From Hydrurus foetidus (Eukaryota): a stretch of DNA of 64,000 nucleotides. The notes under the pieces were generated by a model. That model was not told where the DNA came from. It did not search any database and saw only the letters and a program-made list of their open reading frames with translations. The first letter of the stretch is position 1, and every line of letters begins with the position of its first letter. A program made the position numbers and the translations under genes. The stretch is from NCBI GenBank assembly GCA_900617105.1, contig UYFQ01000260.1, positions 1 through 64,000 of the forward strand. The letters run 5' to 3'. Below, piece after piece: positions 10,444-22,363 of the stretch.

Positions 10444-11625
10444 CTAGACCAGCTCGATGGCCATGGCCGTGGCTTCGCCGCCGCCGATGCACAGGGAGGC
10501 CGCCCTTCTTGCCGCCGCGCGCCTGCAGGGCCGCGATCAGGGTGCACAGGATGCGCGCGCCCGACGCGCCGATGGGGTGGCCCAGGGCGCAGGCCCCGCC
10601 GTTGACGTTCAGCTTGTCGGGCGAGAAGCCCAGCTCCTGCTGGGCGATCATGGCCACGACGGCGAAGGCCTCGTTGACCTCCCACAGGTCGACATCGGAA
10701 ACTGCCCAGCCGGCCTTCTTCAGCGCCTTGCGCATGGCGGGGACCGGGGCGGTGGTGAACAGGCCGGGCTCATGGGCGTGGGCGGCGTGGGCGGCCACGC
10801 GGGCGACAACCTTGAGGCCCAGACGGTCGGCGACGCTCTGGCGGGTCATGACCAGGGCGGCGCCCGTCGCTGATCGAGCTGGAATTGGCCGCGGTGATGG
10901 TGCCGTCACGGCTGAAGGCCGGGCGCAGGGTCGGGATCTTGGCGGATCGGCCTTCAGGGGCTTCGTCCTGGGCGACGATCTCTGTTCCCTTGCGGCCTGG
11001 TCCTGACAGGGGTGATCTCGGCCTCGAAGGCGCCGTTCTGGATGGCCGCCTTGGCCTTCATCAGGCCCCGGGTGGCGTAGTCGTCCATGGCCTCGCGGCT
11101 GAACTGGTAGGTCGCGGCCGAGTCCTCGGCGAAGGCGCCCATCAGCTTGCCGGGGGTGTAGGCGTCCTCCAGGCCGTCCAGGTACATCGAGTCCCACATC
11201 TGGTCGTGGCCGATGCGGGCGCCCGCGCGGTGCTTGCTCAGCAGATAGGGGGCGCCGGTCATGCTCTCCATGCCGCCGGCCACGATCAGGTCGACGCTGC
11301 CGGCGGCCAGGGCGTCGTGGGCCATGATCGCCGCCTGCATGCCGCTGCCGCACATCTTGTTGACCGTGGTGGCCTCGACCGACAGCGGCAGGCCCGCGCC
11401 GACCGCCGCCTGGCGGGCCGGGGCCTGGCCGAGGCCGGCCGGCAGGACGCAGCCCATGATGATCTGCTCGACCAGATCGCCCGAGACGCCGGCCCGCGCG
11501 ATGGCCGCCTTCACCGCAGTCGCGCCCAGCTCCGTCGCCTTGACCCCGCCCAGCGCGCCCTGGAAGCCGCCCATCGGCGTGCGGGCGAAAGAAACGATGA
11601 CGACAGGATCGAGGGCGGCGGACAT
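10444..11625 (-). CDS. Acetyl-CoA C-acetyltransferase (thiolase), frameshifted
   Basis: NKMCGSG, AGGMESMT, EVNEAFA, GGACALGHPIGASG. Confidence 0.93.
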
Positions 11626-11848
11626 GGACGGTCTCCGGATTTGTGGAATTCGGGGTGGAATAAACCCTGACCGCGCAGACCCGCGCAAGCGGTTTGCGGA
11701 AAGGGGAGGCGATCACGACCATGCAAGGATCGGCTATCGCCTCCCAAGGCGCAACCGAGAGAGTCAGTTGTAATTAAAAACTAATACCGTTCATCCTCAA
11801 ACGCAACGCTCTCTTGCATTCCCCGGCGGAACACCGCACTTTTGAAAC

Positions 11849-12346
11849 ATGGGCCGCACCGCCGACTATACCAATGAACGCTGCAGCATCGCCGCCACCC
11901 TTGAGGTCGTGGGCGACCCTTGGACCTTGCTGATCCTGCGCGACGCCTTCGCCGGCGTGAAGCGCTTCGAACAGTGGCAGGAACGCCTGGGCGTCGCCCG
12001 CAACGTCCTGGCCTCGCGGCTCAAGACCCTGGTCGCGCACGGCGTGATGGAGGCCCAGCGCTATTCGGAGCGCCCGCCGCGCCAGGAATATGTGCTCACC
12101 GCCAAGGGGCTGGACCTCAGCCCCGTGCTGCTGACCATGGCCGAGTGGGGCGACCAGCACGTCTATGGCATTGGAACAGGTCCGGTGCATTTCGTGCACA
12201 AGACCTGCGGCCATGACTTCCATCCGCGACTGGCCTGCGAGGCGTGCGGCGAGGTGATCGACCGCCGCGACCTGAGCAGGGTGGTCCATGAGACCTCGCG
12301 GACGGTCGGCGAAGCCCTCGAAGCGGTGAAGGTCGCCGCCGAATAG
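11849..12346 (+). CDS. HxlR-family winged-helix regulator
   Basis: CSIAATLEVVGDPWTLLILRDAF, EYVLTAKG; C-terminal HxxCG..CxxCG. Confidence 0.92.
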   Translation: MGRTADYTNERCSIAATLEVVGDPWTLLILRDAFAGVKRFEQWQERLGVARNVLASRLKTLVAHGVMEAQRYSERPPRQEYVLTAKGLDLSPVLLTMAEWGDQHVYGIGTGPVHFVHKTCGHDFHPRLACEACGEVIDRRDLSRVVHETSRTVGEALEAVKVAAE

Positions 12347-12453
12347 TCAGGCCGGGGCGCGGGACACTGTGCCGCATCTGACCTTGAACTCAAGCTTACC
12401 GAATATTTAGGGCTTGCCCTTCACCGTGCTTGGAAGCCCGGGGGCAGGCATAG

Positions 12454-14485
12454 ATGGCGATCACCAAGACAATCGCGAGGCTCTTCTCTGTCCGAAAGGA
12501 CCGTCCTGATCTGCTGATGGCCCAGGCGGCAGCTTTCACCCGCCAGGTGCCGATGATGTATCTGGTCCTTCTGGTTAATGCCTTTGCCCTGGCTGCCACC
12601 CATTTCCATTCCGCGCCTCTCAGCCTGACGGTCGGCGGCCCGCCTGCCTGACCCTGATCTGCGCCTGGCGCATGGCGGGTTGGCTGCGACTTCGCCACAA
12701 AGGATTTGATGCCGCCCGGGCTGGCAAGATGTTGCGTGGGACCGTAGTGGCTGCGTTGGGACTATCGGATCGGCTTCAGCACCTGGTCGCTGTCGCTCTA
12801 TCCCTATGGCGACGCCTATCAGCAGAGCCATGTGGCCTTCTACATGGCCATAACGGTGATCGCCTGCATCTTCGCTGATGCACCTGCGCCGCCGCCCTGG
12901 TGGTCACTGTGGGTGTGCTCGGTCCAATGGCCCTGTTTTTCAGCCTCACCGGCAATCCGGTTTTCGCGGCTATCTCGGTCAATGTGGTCGTGGTCGCGGC
13001 GGTGATGATCGTGATCCTGATGATCCACTATCGCGAGTTTTCCGACCTGGTGGCGTCGCGCAGCGCCCTGATCGAGAAGGCTACGCAGGCCCAGCTGCTG
13101 AGCGACGAGAACGATCGCCTGGCCAATCTGGACAGCCTGACGGGTCTACCCAATCGCCGCCGGTTCTTCACCGAACTGGAAGCTCATGTGGCCCGCGCCC
13201 GGCGTCATGATCGCAGTCTGTTGGTCGGGGTTGTCGATCTGGATGGCTTCAAGCTGGTCAACGACGCCTTTGGCCATGCTACGGGCGACCGCCTGCTGAC
13301 CGAGGTTGGACGACGTCTGCAGGCCTTCGGCTCGCCGCCGCTTTTCGCGGCCCGTCTGGGTGGCGACGAATTTGGTCTGATCATTGACGCGCACCTGTCG
13401 CCGGCCGCGTCAAGACCCTGGGCCGCGATCTTTGCGAGCTGCTGCGCACCCCCTATCGCCTGCCGGGCGTCACCGCCCAGGTGGGTGGGTCCGTCGGCTT
13501 CTGTCCGTTCCCGGGCGGGGGCCAGACGGGCGAGCAGCTGTTTGAACGCGCCGACTACGCCCTCTATCACGCCAAACAGAACCTGAAGGGTTCGGCCGTG
13601 GTGTTCGACGAGCGCCACGAGGCCGACATCCGCGAACTGGGCCAGGTCGAGCAGGCCCTGCGCCGCGCCGACCTGGACGCGGAGATGCATATCCACTTCC
13701 AGCCCATCGTCGACACCAGCGCCAAGCGGACCATCGCTTTCGAGGCCCTGGCGCGGTGGTCAAGCCCCGAGCTGGGCGAGGTGCCGCCGACCGTGTTCAT
13801 CAACGCCGCAGAGCGTTCGGGCCAGATCGTCGAGATCACCCGCGTGCTGGTCGCCAAGGCCCTGCGCGCGGTGCGCAGCTGGCCGATGGACATACGGGTT
13901 TCGATCAACCTGTCGGCCCGCGACATCGCCTCGATGGAGACCGTCAGCCGCATCGTCGACATCGTTCTGGAAAGCCAGGTCGCGCCGCACCGCATCGATT
14001 TCGAGATCACCGAGACGGCCATCGTCTGCGACTTCGACCAGGCCCGCGCCGCCCTGATGACCTTCCACGGTCTGGGCGTTCGCACGGCGCTGGACGATTT
14101 CGGCACCGGCCATTCCAGCCTCAGCCATGTGCGCCTGCTGCCGCTGGACAAGCTGAAGATCGATTCCAGCTTCATCGCCGACATCGACCATCACGCGGCC
14201 AGCGAAGACATCGTCAAGACCGTGCTGCAGCTGTGTCGCAACCTGCGGATCGACTGCATCGTCGAGGGCGTCGAGACCCAGGAGCAGATGGACGAGGTGG
14301 TGTCGCTGGGCGGGGTCGTGATGCAGGGCTATCACTTCGCCCGGCCGATGCCGGCCGCCAGCGTCGCGACCTATCTGGCCGAAGAGGCCGCCATAGCGAT
14401 CGCCCGCAACGGCCTGCGGCCCAGCGCGGCCCAGCGCGCCGCGCGGATCTGGTTCGACGAGGACGGCCTGCAGGGCCTGGGTTAA
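12454..14485 (+). CDS. Membrane-anchored GGDEF-EAL c-di-GMP enzyme (frameshifted)
   Basis: N-terminal TM helices; DSLTGLPNRR, RLGGDEF; FEALARW, DDFGTGHSSL, VEGVET, QGYHFARP. Confidence 0.92.
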
Positions 14486-14525
14486 AGCGCCGGCCGCTTT
14501 CACCGCAATTTGCACCTGAACAGGG

Positions 14526-14630
14526 GAAGAGGCGCGCCCCGGGCTTGGGGGGGGAGGAGCGCGCCTCTTCGGGTTCGCCGTCATCGGGGGGATGCGACGA
14601 ACCGCGCCCCGGCCGTCGCCGGGGTGGGAT
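14526..14630 (-). ncRNA. Candidate structured sRNA / 3'UTR with C-rich loops (cuckoo-like)
   Basis: Minus strand: hairpin GGTTCGTCG-CATCCCCCCGATG-ACGGCGAACC, then GAAGAGGCGCGC-TCCTCCCCCCC..-GCGCGCCTCTTC. Confidence 0.45.
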
Positions 14631-14638
14631 AAGGTCCG

Positions 14639-16039
14639 TCAGGCGGCGGGAGCGCCGCCGCCGAGGACCTTGTAGAGCGTGACGAGATTGCTCGCCCGGA
14701 CCAGTCGCGCCGCGATCAGGCCCTGCTGGGCGCTGTAGAGGGTGCGCTGGGCGTCCAGCAGCGTCAGGCTGCTGTCGATGCCGGCGTCCCGGCGGGCCCT
14801 GGCCAGGCGCTGGCTGTCGGCGGCCGCGGCGACCAGGCGTTCCTGAGCCGACACGCGGTCGGCCACCGTGTCGCGTACGGCCAGGGCGTCGGCCACTTCG
14901 CGGAAGGCCGTCTGCACGGTCTTCTCATAGGTGGCCAGGGCGATACCCTGGCGGGCCTTGGCGCTGTCCAGCCCGGCCTTGTTGGCTCCTGCGGCGAAGA
15001 TCGGCAGGCTGATGCTGGGCGCAAAGCTCCAGGCGCCCGAACCGCTTTTGAACAGGTCGCTCAGTTCGCCGCTGGCGCCGCCGCTCGATCCGGTCAGGCT
15101 GATGCGCGGGAAGAAGGCCGCGCGGGCCGCGCCGATATTGGCGCTGGCGGCGGCCAGCTGGTGCTCGGCGGCCAGCACGTCGGGGCGACGGGTCAGCACG
15201 TCGGAGACCACGCCGGCCGGCAGATCAGGCAGGATCTGGGCCGTCACCAGCCCGCCGGCCGGCAGCAGATCAGCCGGGACATCGGCCCCGACCACCAGGC
15301 GCAGGGCGTTCCGGTCCTGGGCCACCTGGGCGACATAGGCGGCGACATCGGCCCGGGCCTGTTCGGCCAGGGTCTGGGCCTGACGCAGATCCAGCGTCGA
15401 GGCGGCGCCGGCCTCGACCCGGCTCTGGGTCAGTTTCAGCGACTGCTTCGCGCGCGGCCAGGGTGTCACGGGCCAGGGCCAGCAGGTCCTCGTCGGCGGC
15501 CAGGGTCAGCCAGGTTCCGCCACTTCGGAGATCAGGCTGATCTGGGCCGTGCGGCTGTTTTCGCGCACCGCCAGCCAGGTCTCGAGGGCTGCCTTGTTGA
15601 GGCTGCGGACGCGGCCAAACAGGTCCAGCTCATAGCCGGTGAAGCCGACACTGGCGCTGTACTGCTCGGTCTCGATGGCCGAGCCGGTCTGGCTGACCGA
15701 GGCCGGGGTGCGGGCCCGCGAGCCGGACACGCCGGCATTGATGCCCGGCAACAGGGCGGCGCGCTGCACGCCGTACTGGGCGCGAGCCTGCTCGATATTC
15801 AGCAGGGCCACCCGAAGGTCGCGGTTCTCTTTAAGGGCCAGGTCGATGGTCGCGGCCAGGCGCGGATCCTCGAACACCTCGCGCCAGCCCAGATCGGCGG
15901 CGGACGCCGTCTGGGTCGGTTGCGGGGTCGGCCAGGTCTGGGCCACCGGCAGGGTCGGTCGCTGATGCGCCGGGGCCAGGGTGCAGGCGGTCAGGGCGGT
16001 GGCCGCCAGCAGGGTCAGGGTGAGGTTGCGGATCAGCAT
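14639..16039 (-). CDS. nodT: RND efflux outer-membrane lipoprotein, NodT/OprM family (frameshifted)
   Basis: Lipobox LTAC-TLAP; YELDLFGRVR; RRPDVLAAEH; LYKVLGGG. Confidence 0.92.
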
Positions 16040-16040
16040 T

Positions 16041-19000
16041 CTAGTGGCCCTCGGCCGGGATCGCGGGCGTCTCGTCGACGCGCCTGGACTTGGGTTTGAA
16101 GGTCTTCTCGACGACCACGAGGAACAGCGGGACGAAGAAGATCGCCAGCAGGGTTCCCGAGATCATGCCGCCGATCACGCCGGTGCCGATGGCGTGCTGG
16201 CTGCCCGAGCCCGCCCCGTTGGAAATCGCCAGCGGCAGGACGCCGAAGATGAAGGCCAGCGAGGTCATGATGATCGGCCGCAGACGGATGCGGACGGCCT
16301 CCAGAGTGGCCTCTATCAGCGGCGTGCCCTTCTCGTGCAGGTCCTTGGCGAACTCGACGATCAGGATGGCGTTCTTGGCCGCCAGACCCATGGTCGTCAG
16401 CAGGCCGACCTGGAAATAGACGTCGTCGTTGGGCAGGCCGCGCAGGGTGGTGGCCAGCAGGGCGCCGACGACGCCCAGCGGGATGACCATGATCACCGAC
16501 AGCGGGATCGACCAGCTCTCGTAAAGCGCCGCCAGCAGCAGGAACACCACCAGGATCGAGATGGCGTACAGGGCGGGGGCCTGGTTGCCGGATTCGCGTT
16601 CCTGGGCCGACAGGCCGGTCCACTCGTAGCCGATGCCGGGGGGCAGCTTGGCGGCGATCTCTTCCATGGCGGCCATGGCCGCGCCGGAGCTTTGGCCCGG
16701 CGCGGGCGTGCCCTGGATGTTGACGGACGACAGACCGTTATAACGCTCCAGACGCGGCGAGCCGTAGGTCCAGGCGGTGGTGGCGAAGGCCGAGAACGGG
16801 ACCATCTGGCCCGTGCCGTTGCGCACGTACCACTTGTTGAGGTCCTCGGGCGTCATGCGGAACGGCGCGTCGGCCTGGACATAGACCTTCTTGATGCGGC
16901 CTGGTCGATGAAGTCGTTGACGTAGGAAGGAACCGCCCAGGGCTGTCTCAAGCGCCGCATTGATGTCGGCGGTGGTCAGGCCCACATGGGCGCCCGGCCC
17001 TGGCCTGGTCGACATCGATCCGCAGCTGCGGTGTCGTCCTGGCCGTTGGGGCGAACGCCGGCCAGCACCTGGTTCTGGGCGGCCATGCCCAGCATCATGT
17101 TGCGGGCGTTGATCAGGGCCTCGTGGCCCACGCCGCCGGTGTCCTGCAGCTGGAAGTCGAAGCCCGAGGCGTTGCCCAGCTCCTGCACCGCCGGCGGCAC
17201 GATCGGGAAGACCATGGCGTCGCGGATCTGGGAGAAGGCCCCGAAGGCGCGACCGGCGACGGCCGGCGCCTTCAGATCTGCGCTCTTGCGCTCTTCGAAC
17301 GGCAGGGAGGCTGATGAAGGCCAGACCGGCGTTCTGACCGGCGCCGGCGAAACTGAAGCCCGAGACGGTGAAGACCGACTTGACCGCCTGATCCTTGAGG
17401 AAGTGGGTTTCGACCTGCTTGAGCACGCCCTGGGTGCGCGCGTCCGTGGCCCCGGGGGACAGCTGCACCAGGGTATAGATGGTGCCTGGTCTTCTTCCGG
17501 CAGGAACGAGGTGGGCATGCGGATGAACAGCACGCCCATTACCAGGATGATGGCCATAGATGGCCATCCAGCGGACGCTCTTGCCCAGAATGCCGCGCAC
17601 AGCTCTGATAGCGGCCTGACAGGTCGTTGAAGCTGCGGTTGAACCAGCCGAAAAAGCCCTTGTCCGAGATCGTGTGACCCTTGGCGACAGGCTTGAGCAG
17701 GGTGGCGGTCAGGGCCGGGGTCAAGATCAGGGCGACGACCACCGACAGCAGCATGGCCGAGACTATGGTGATCGAGAACTGGCGATAGATCACGCCCTGC
17801 GAGCCGCCGAAGAAAGCCATGGGCACAAAGACGGCCGACAGCACCAGGGCGATGCCGATCAGGGCGCCGCTGATTTCCTTCATCGACTTGCGGGTGGCTT
17901 CGACGGGCGACAGCCCTTCCTCGCTCATCACCCGCTCGACGTTCTCGACCACGACGATGGCGTCATCGACCAGCAGGCCGATGGCCAGCACCACGCCGAA
18001 CATGGTCAGGGTGTTGATCGAGTAGCCGAAGACCGCGAGGATTCCGAAGGTGCCCAGCAGCACGACCGGCACGGCGATGGTCGGGATCAGGGTCGCGCGC
18101 CAGTTCTGCAGGAACAGGAACATGACGATGAAGACCAGGATGATGGCCTCGATCAGGGTCTTGACCACCTCGTGGATCGACTGGGCCACGAACGGCGTGG
18201 AGTCGTAGGGCACTACATATTCAAAGCCGGCCGGGAAGCTCTTGGACAGCTCGGTCATGCGCGCCTTGACCGCCTCGGCGGTGTCCAGCGCATTGCCGCC
18301 GGGGGCCAGCTTGACGGCCAGGCCCGCCGCCGGGGCGCCGTTGAAGTGGGCGTTGAAGACATAGCTTTCCGCGCCCAGCTCGACGCGAGCCACGTCGCGC
18401 AGGTGGACGATCGCGCCGCCGGTGCTGTTGCGCAGGATGATGGCGCCGAACTGCTCAGGGGTTTGCAGGCGCGACTGGGCCGAGATGGTGGCGTTCAGGG
18501 CCACGCCCGGCGCGGCGGGCGTACCGCCCAGCTGACCGGCCGAGACCTGGGCGTTCTGGGCCCTGATGGCGGCGGTGACGTCGCTGGGGGTCAGCGCGAA
18601 GCTGGCCAGCTTGTCGGGGTCCAGCCAGATGCGCATGGCGTAATGCGCGCCGAACAGCTGGACGTCGCCCACGCCTTCGACGCGGCTCAGCGGGTCCTGG
18701 ATGTTGGCGGCGATATAGTCGGCCAGGTCGACATTGGTCGTGCCCGGGGCCTTGGAATAGAGGCCGACCACCATCAGGAAGTTGCGGGTCGACTTGACCA
18801 CGCTGAGGCCCTGTTGCTGCACCTCCTGCGGCAGCAGGGCAGTGGCCGTCTGCAGCTTGTTCTGGACCTGCACCTGGGCGATGTCGACGTCGGTGCCGGC
18901 CTTGAAGGTCAGGGTGGTGGTGGCCGAGCCCGAGCTGTCGCTGGTCGAGGACATGTATTCCAGGCCGTCCAGGCCCTTCATCTTCTGCTCGATGACCTGG

Positions 19001-19188
19001 GTGACGCTGTCCTCGACGGTCTTGGCCGAGGCGCCGGGATAGTTGGCCGACACCGAAACCTGGGGCAGGGCGATGCTGGGATACTGCGCGATCGGCAGGG
19101 TGCGGATGGCCAGGAGGCCGGCCAGCATGATGACGATGGCGATGACCCACGCGAAGATGGGCCTGTCGATGAAGAAACGGGACAACAT
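16041..19188 (-). CDS. acrB: HAE1 RND efflux permease (frameshifted)
   Basis: [48 protein letters not shown]. Confidence 0.96.
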
Positions 19189-19200
19189 GGCGACCGGGTC

Positions 19201-20349
19201 CTAGCGCTTGGCGGCGATGACGGCGGGCTTGACGGGCGCGCCGGGACGGACCCTTTGCAGGCCCTCGACGATGACCTGGTCGCCCGGCTTCAGGCCGCCG
19301 GTCACCAGCCACGCGTCGCCAACCATCTGGCGCACGGTGATCGGGCGAGGCTCGGCCAGGCCTTTGGCGCCGACCACCATCACCGTGGCGTTGCCCTTGG
19401 GGTCGCGGGACACGGCGGGTTGCGGGATCAGCATGCCGTTCTGGGCTGTGGCGGTGCTGAGCGCCGCACGCACATACATGCCCGGCAGCAGCACGCCATT
19501 GGGGTTGGCGAAGGTGGCGCGCAGGCCGACCGAGCCCGTGGCGGGATCGACGGTGACGTCCGAGAATTCCAGCTTGCCGGGGGTGGGATAGGTGGAGCCG
19601 TCTTCCAGCTTCAGGGTCACCCGGGCGGAACCCGAGCGGCCGATGCTGCCGGTGGCCAGATCGCGCTGAAGCTTCAGCAGTTCGGCCGAGGACTGGGTCA
19701 AATCGACATAGACCCGGCTGGTGTCCTGAACCGTGGCCAGGGCGGCGGCCTGGCCGGCGGTGACCAGCGCGCCCGGCGTGACCGTGCTCTTGCCGATGCG
19801 GCCCGAAATCGGGGCCAGCACGCGGGTATAGCCCAGGTTGATGCGGGCGGCGTCGAGATTGGCCTTCTGGGCGGCGACATTGGCGGCGGCCTGCTGGCTG
19901 GCGGCCTGGGCGTCGTCATTGTCCTGCTTGCTGACGGCGCCGGTCTCGACCAGGGCCTTGTAGCGATCGGCCTTCAGCCTGGCGGCGGTATAGGCGGCCT
20001 GCGCCTGGGCCAGGCCGGCGGCGGCGCTGTTGTAGGCGGCCTGATAGGTGGCCGGATCGATCTGGTACAGCGCCTGACCGGCGCGGACATAGCTGCCTTC
20101 CTGGAACAGGCGCGCCTTTACGATGCCGCCGACCTGCGGACGCACTTCGGAGATCAGAGAGGCCGAGGTGCGCCCCGACAGCTCGGTGGTCAGGCTGACC
20201 GGCTCGGTCCGGGCAATGACCACACCCACATCGGCAGGGCCTCCAGCGCCCATGCCGGCGGCCCCGCCCTTGCCCTGCCCGCAGGCGGTGAGGGCGAACG
20301 CGATAGCGGCGAGCGCGACGGCTGTCGCCGCCGAACGTTGGAATTGCAT
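19201..20349 (-). CDS. acrA: RND periplasmic adaptor lipoprotein
   Basis: Lipobox LTAC; EVRPQVGGI..RLFQEGS; APISGRIG; LLPGMYVRA. Confidence 0.95.
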   Translation of the reverse strand: MQFQRSAATAVALAAIAFALTACGQGKGGAAGMGAGGPADVGVVIARTEPVSLTTELSGRTSASLISEVRPQVGGIVKARLFQEGSYVRAGQALYQIDPATYQAAYNSAAAGLAQAQAAYTAARLKADRYKALVETGAVSKQDNDDAQAASQQAAANVAAQKANLDAARINLGYTRVLAPISGRIGKSTVTPGALVTAGQAAALATVQDTSRVYVDLTQSSAELLKLQRDLATGSIGRSGSARVTLKLEDGSTYPTPGKLEFSDVTVDPATGSVGLRATFANPNGVLLPGMYVRAALSTATAQNGMLIPQPAVSRDPKGNATVMVVGAKGLAEPRPITVRQMVGDAWLVTGGLKPGDQVIVEGLQRVRPGAPVKPAVIAAKR

Positions 20350-20424
20350 GACAGATCCCGGTTTTGGATAAAGGCGGTCGGCGCCGGGCCATTGCCCTTG
20401 ACGTAGACCGGATGATCAACAATC

Positions 20425-20446
20425 TGAGAATGAACGTTCATTCTCA
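20425..20446. promoter_or_regulatory. TetR operator: perfect 22-bp palindrome TGAGAATGAACGTTCATTCTCA
   Basis: Perfect inverted repeat between divergent acrA and tetR. Confidence 0.85.
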
Positions 20447-20545
20447 CGCGGGGCTGGACATAAGTGCGAGGCTGTCGCAAGTCAACACCGAGGGTGTCGC
20501 TTTTCGGCTGACCTAACGGAAATGTAATGCGAAACGAGATTTGCG

Positions 20546-21142
20546 ATGGGCGATGAGACGCCATCTGCGCGGCCGACGGTAGAAACCCGTCGACAGCAGA
20601 TCCTCGACGCCGCGTGCGATCAGGTGCGCCAGTCGGGGTTCCATGGCGCCAGCATGGCCGACATCGCCAAGGCCGCTGGTCTGAGCGTCGGGCAGATCTA
20701 TCGCTACTTCGAGAACAAGGAGGCGATCATCGCCGCCATTGTCGCCCAGGACCTGGCCGAGATGCGCGAGAAGTTCGCCGAACTGGAAAGCCAGCCGGGC
20801 GATCTGCTGGAGGTCATGACCAGTCACTTACCCGAGGCCCTGGACAAGTGTTACGACCCACGCCGCTCGGCCCTGGTGCTGGAAGTCCTGGCCGAGGCGG
20901 CCCGCAATCCCAAGGTCGCCACCATCGTCCGCGCTGCGGACGCCCAGGAGCGCGCCCTGGCCATCACCATGCTGGAACGCAGCCGCAAGCCCGAGTGGAG
21001 TGATGCCGAGTTCAAGGCGCGCGCCGAGATGATCGGCGTGCTTTTTGACGGGCTTGTCATGCGCTCGGTCAACAACCCTGACGCCGACCGCCGGGCCTTG
21101 GCCAGGGTGTTCCACAAGACCCTGGAATGTATCCTCGCCTGA
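20546..21142 (+). CDS. TetR/AcrR family repressor of acrAB-nodT (TipR-like)
   Basis: RRQQILDAA..GFHGASMADIAKAAGLSVGQIYRYFENKE; divergent from the pump. Confidence 0.93.
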   Translation: MGDETPSARPTVETRRQQILDAACDQVRQSGFHGASMADIAKAAGLSVGQIYRYFENKEAIIAAIVAQDLAEMREKFAELESQPGDLLEVMTSHLPEALDKCYDPRRSALVLEVLAEAARNPKVATIVRAADAQERALAITMLERSRKPEWSDAEFKARAEMIGVLFDGLVMRSVNNPDADRRALARVFHKTLECILA

Positions 21143-21372
21143 GATCTGGCCGGGCGTGATGTCGCGGGTCCGGCAACGCTGACTAGGTCTTGCGTCGCCG
21201 CCCGCGTGACCCCAAACCTAGATATTGTTATCGCCAACTGCGACGATCCGCCGCGATATATAGTCTGCATTTCGAAACAGTGACCGAATGCGTTGAGTGA
21301 ATACTCAAATTCTCCAGGTTGCATTTTTGATTTCTGCGGAAATTTTCGATGCCGGAACCCGAATTGCGGCCG

Positions 21373-21380
21373 TTAACCAT
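21373..21380 (+). promoter_or_regulatory. TTAACCAT CtrA-associated motif upstream of flagellin, adjacent GANTC site at 21384
   Basis: Exact TTAACCAT ~105 bp before the flagellin ATG. Confidence 0.55.
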
Positions 21381-21484
21381 CCAGATTCATTCGGAATAAA
21401 CTGCCTGGGTCAAAAGTGCAGGGAGGCAAAAGCCTACCGGCAGTCAAAATGACGTCGGCGATCCTTGAATAGGAAATTTTCGCA

Positions 21485-22305
21485 ATGGCGCTGAATAGCA
21501 TCAATACGAACAGCGGCGCGCTGATCGCGCTGCAAAACCTGAACTCCACCAATTCGGAACTGGCGAACGTCCAGCAGCGCATCAACACCGGCAAGAAGGT
21601 GGGCAGCGCCAAGGATAACGGCGCGATCTGGGCCACGGCCAAGAACCAGTCTTCGATGGCGTCCTCGATGAACTCGGTGAAGGATTCGCTGCAGCGTGGT
21701 CAGTCGACCATCGATGTGGCCCTGGCCGCTGGCGACACCATCACCGACCTGCTGGGCAAGATGAAGGAAAAGGCCCTGGCCGCTTCCGACACCTCGCTCA
21801 ACACCTCCAGCTTCAACGCTCTGAAGGCCGACTTTGAATCCCTGCGCGATCAGGTGACCAAGGCCGCCACGAACGCCAAGTTCAATGGCGTCAGCATCGC
21901 CGACGGCACGACCACCAAGCTGACCTTCCTGGCCAACCAGGACGGCTCGGGCTTCACGGTCACCGCCAAGACCCTGTCGCTGGCCGGTATCGGCCTGTCG
22001 ACGGTTCGACCTTCACCGACGCCACCGCAGCCAAGACCATGATCGCCACGGTCACGACCGCACTGGGCACGGCGACCAACAAGCTGGCCTCGCTGGGCAC
22101 CAGCTCGGTTGGCCTGGACACCCACCTGACCTTCGTCGGCAAGCTGCAAGACAGCCTCGACGCCGGCGTGGGCAACCTGGTTGACGCCGATCTGGCCAAG
22201 GAAAGCGCCAAGCTGCAGTCGCTGCAAACCAAGCAACAGCTGGGTGTGCAGGCGCTGTCGATCGCCAACCAAGCTTCGTCGTCCATCCTGAGCCTGTTCC
22301 GCTAA
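21485..22305 (+). CDS. Flagellin of Caulobacter FljM/N/O (beta) type (frameshift ~22005)
   Basis: [70 protein letters not shown]. Confidence 0.96.
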
Positions 22306-22327
22306 GCTTAAGGCTTCACGGAAAACG

Positions 22328-22360
22328 GAAAGGGCGGGTCCTCGCGGGCCCGCCCTTTTT
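22328..22360 (+). terminator. Rho-independent, probably bidirectional terminator
   Basis: AAAGGGCGGGTC-ctcgc-GGGCCCGCCC-TTTTT between convergent genes. Confidence 0.8.
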
Positions 22361-22363
22361 CGT

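Noticed and set aside
10166..11722. Thiolase-GNAT fusion
   Set aside because: Produced by frameshifts; the thiolase has its own stop at ~10444 and the GNAT its own ATG at 10432.
11766..11782. AGTT-N9-AACT as HxlR operator
   Set aside because: Only 4-bp arms in an AT-rich promoter; plausible but not supportable from sequence alone.
17674..20406. Long antisense ORFs (910 aa here; also 43323-45125, 48115-49923, 50513-52732, 52799-54958)
   Set aside because: Shadow ORFs opposite well-supported genes, expected from high-GC codon bias; no recognisable motifs.
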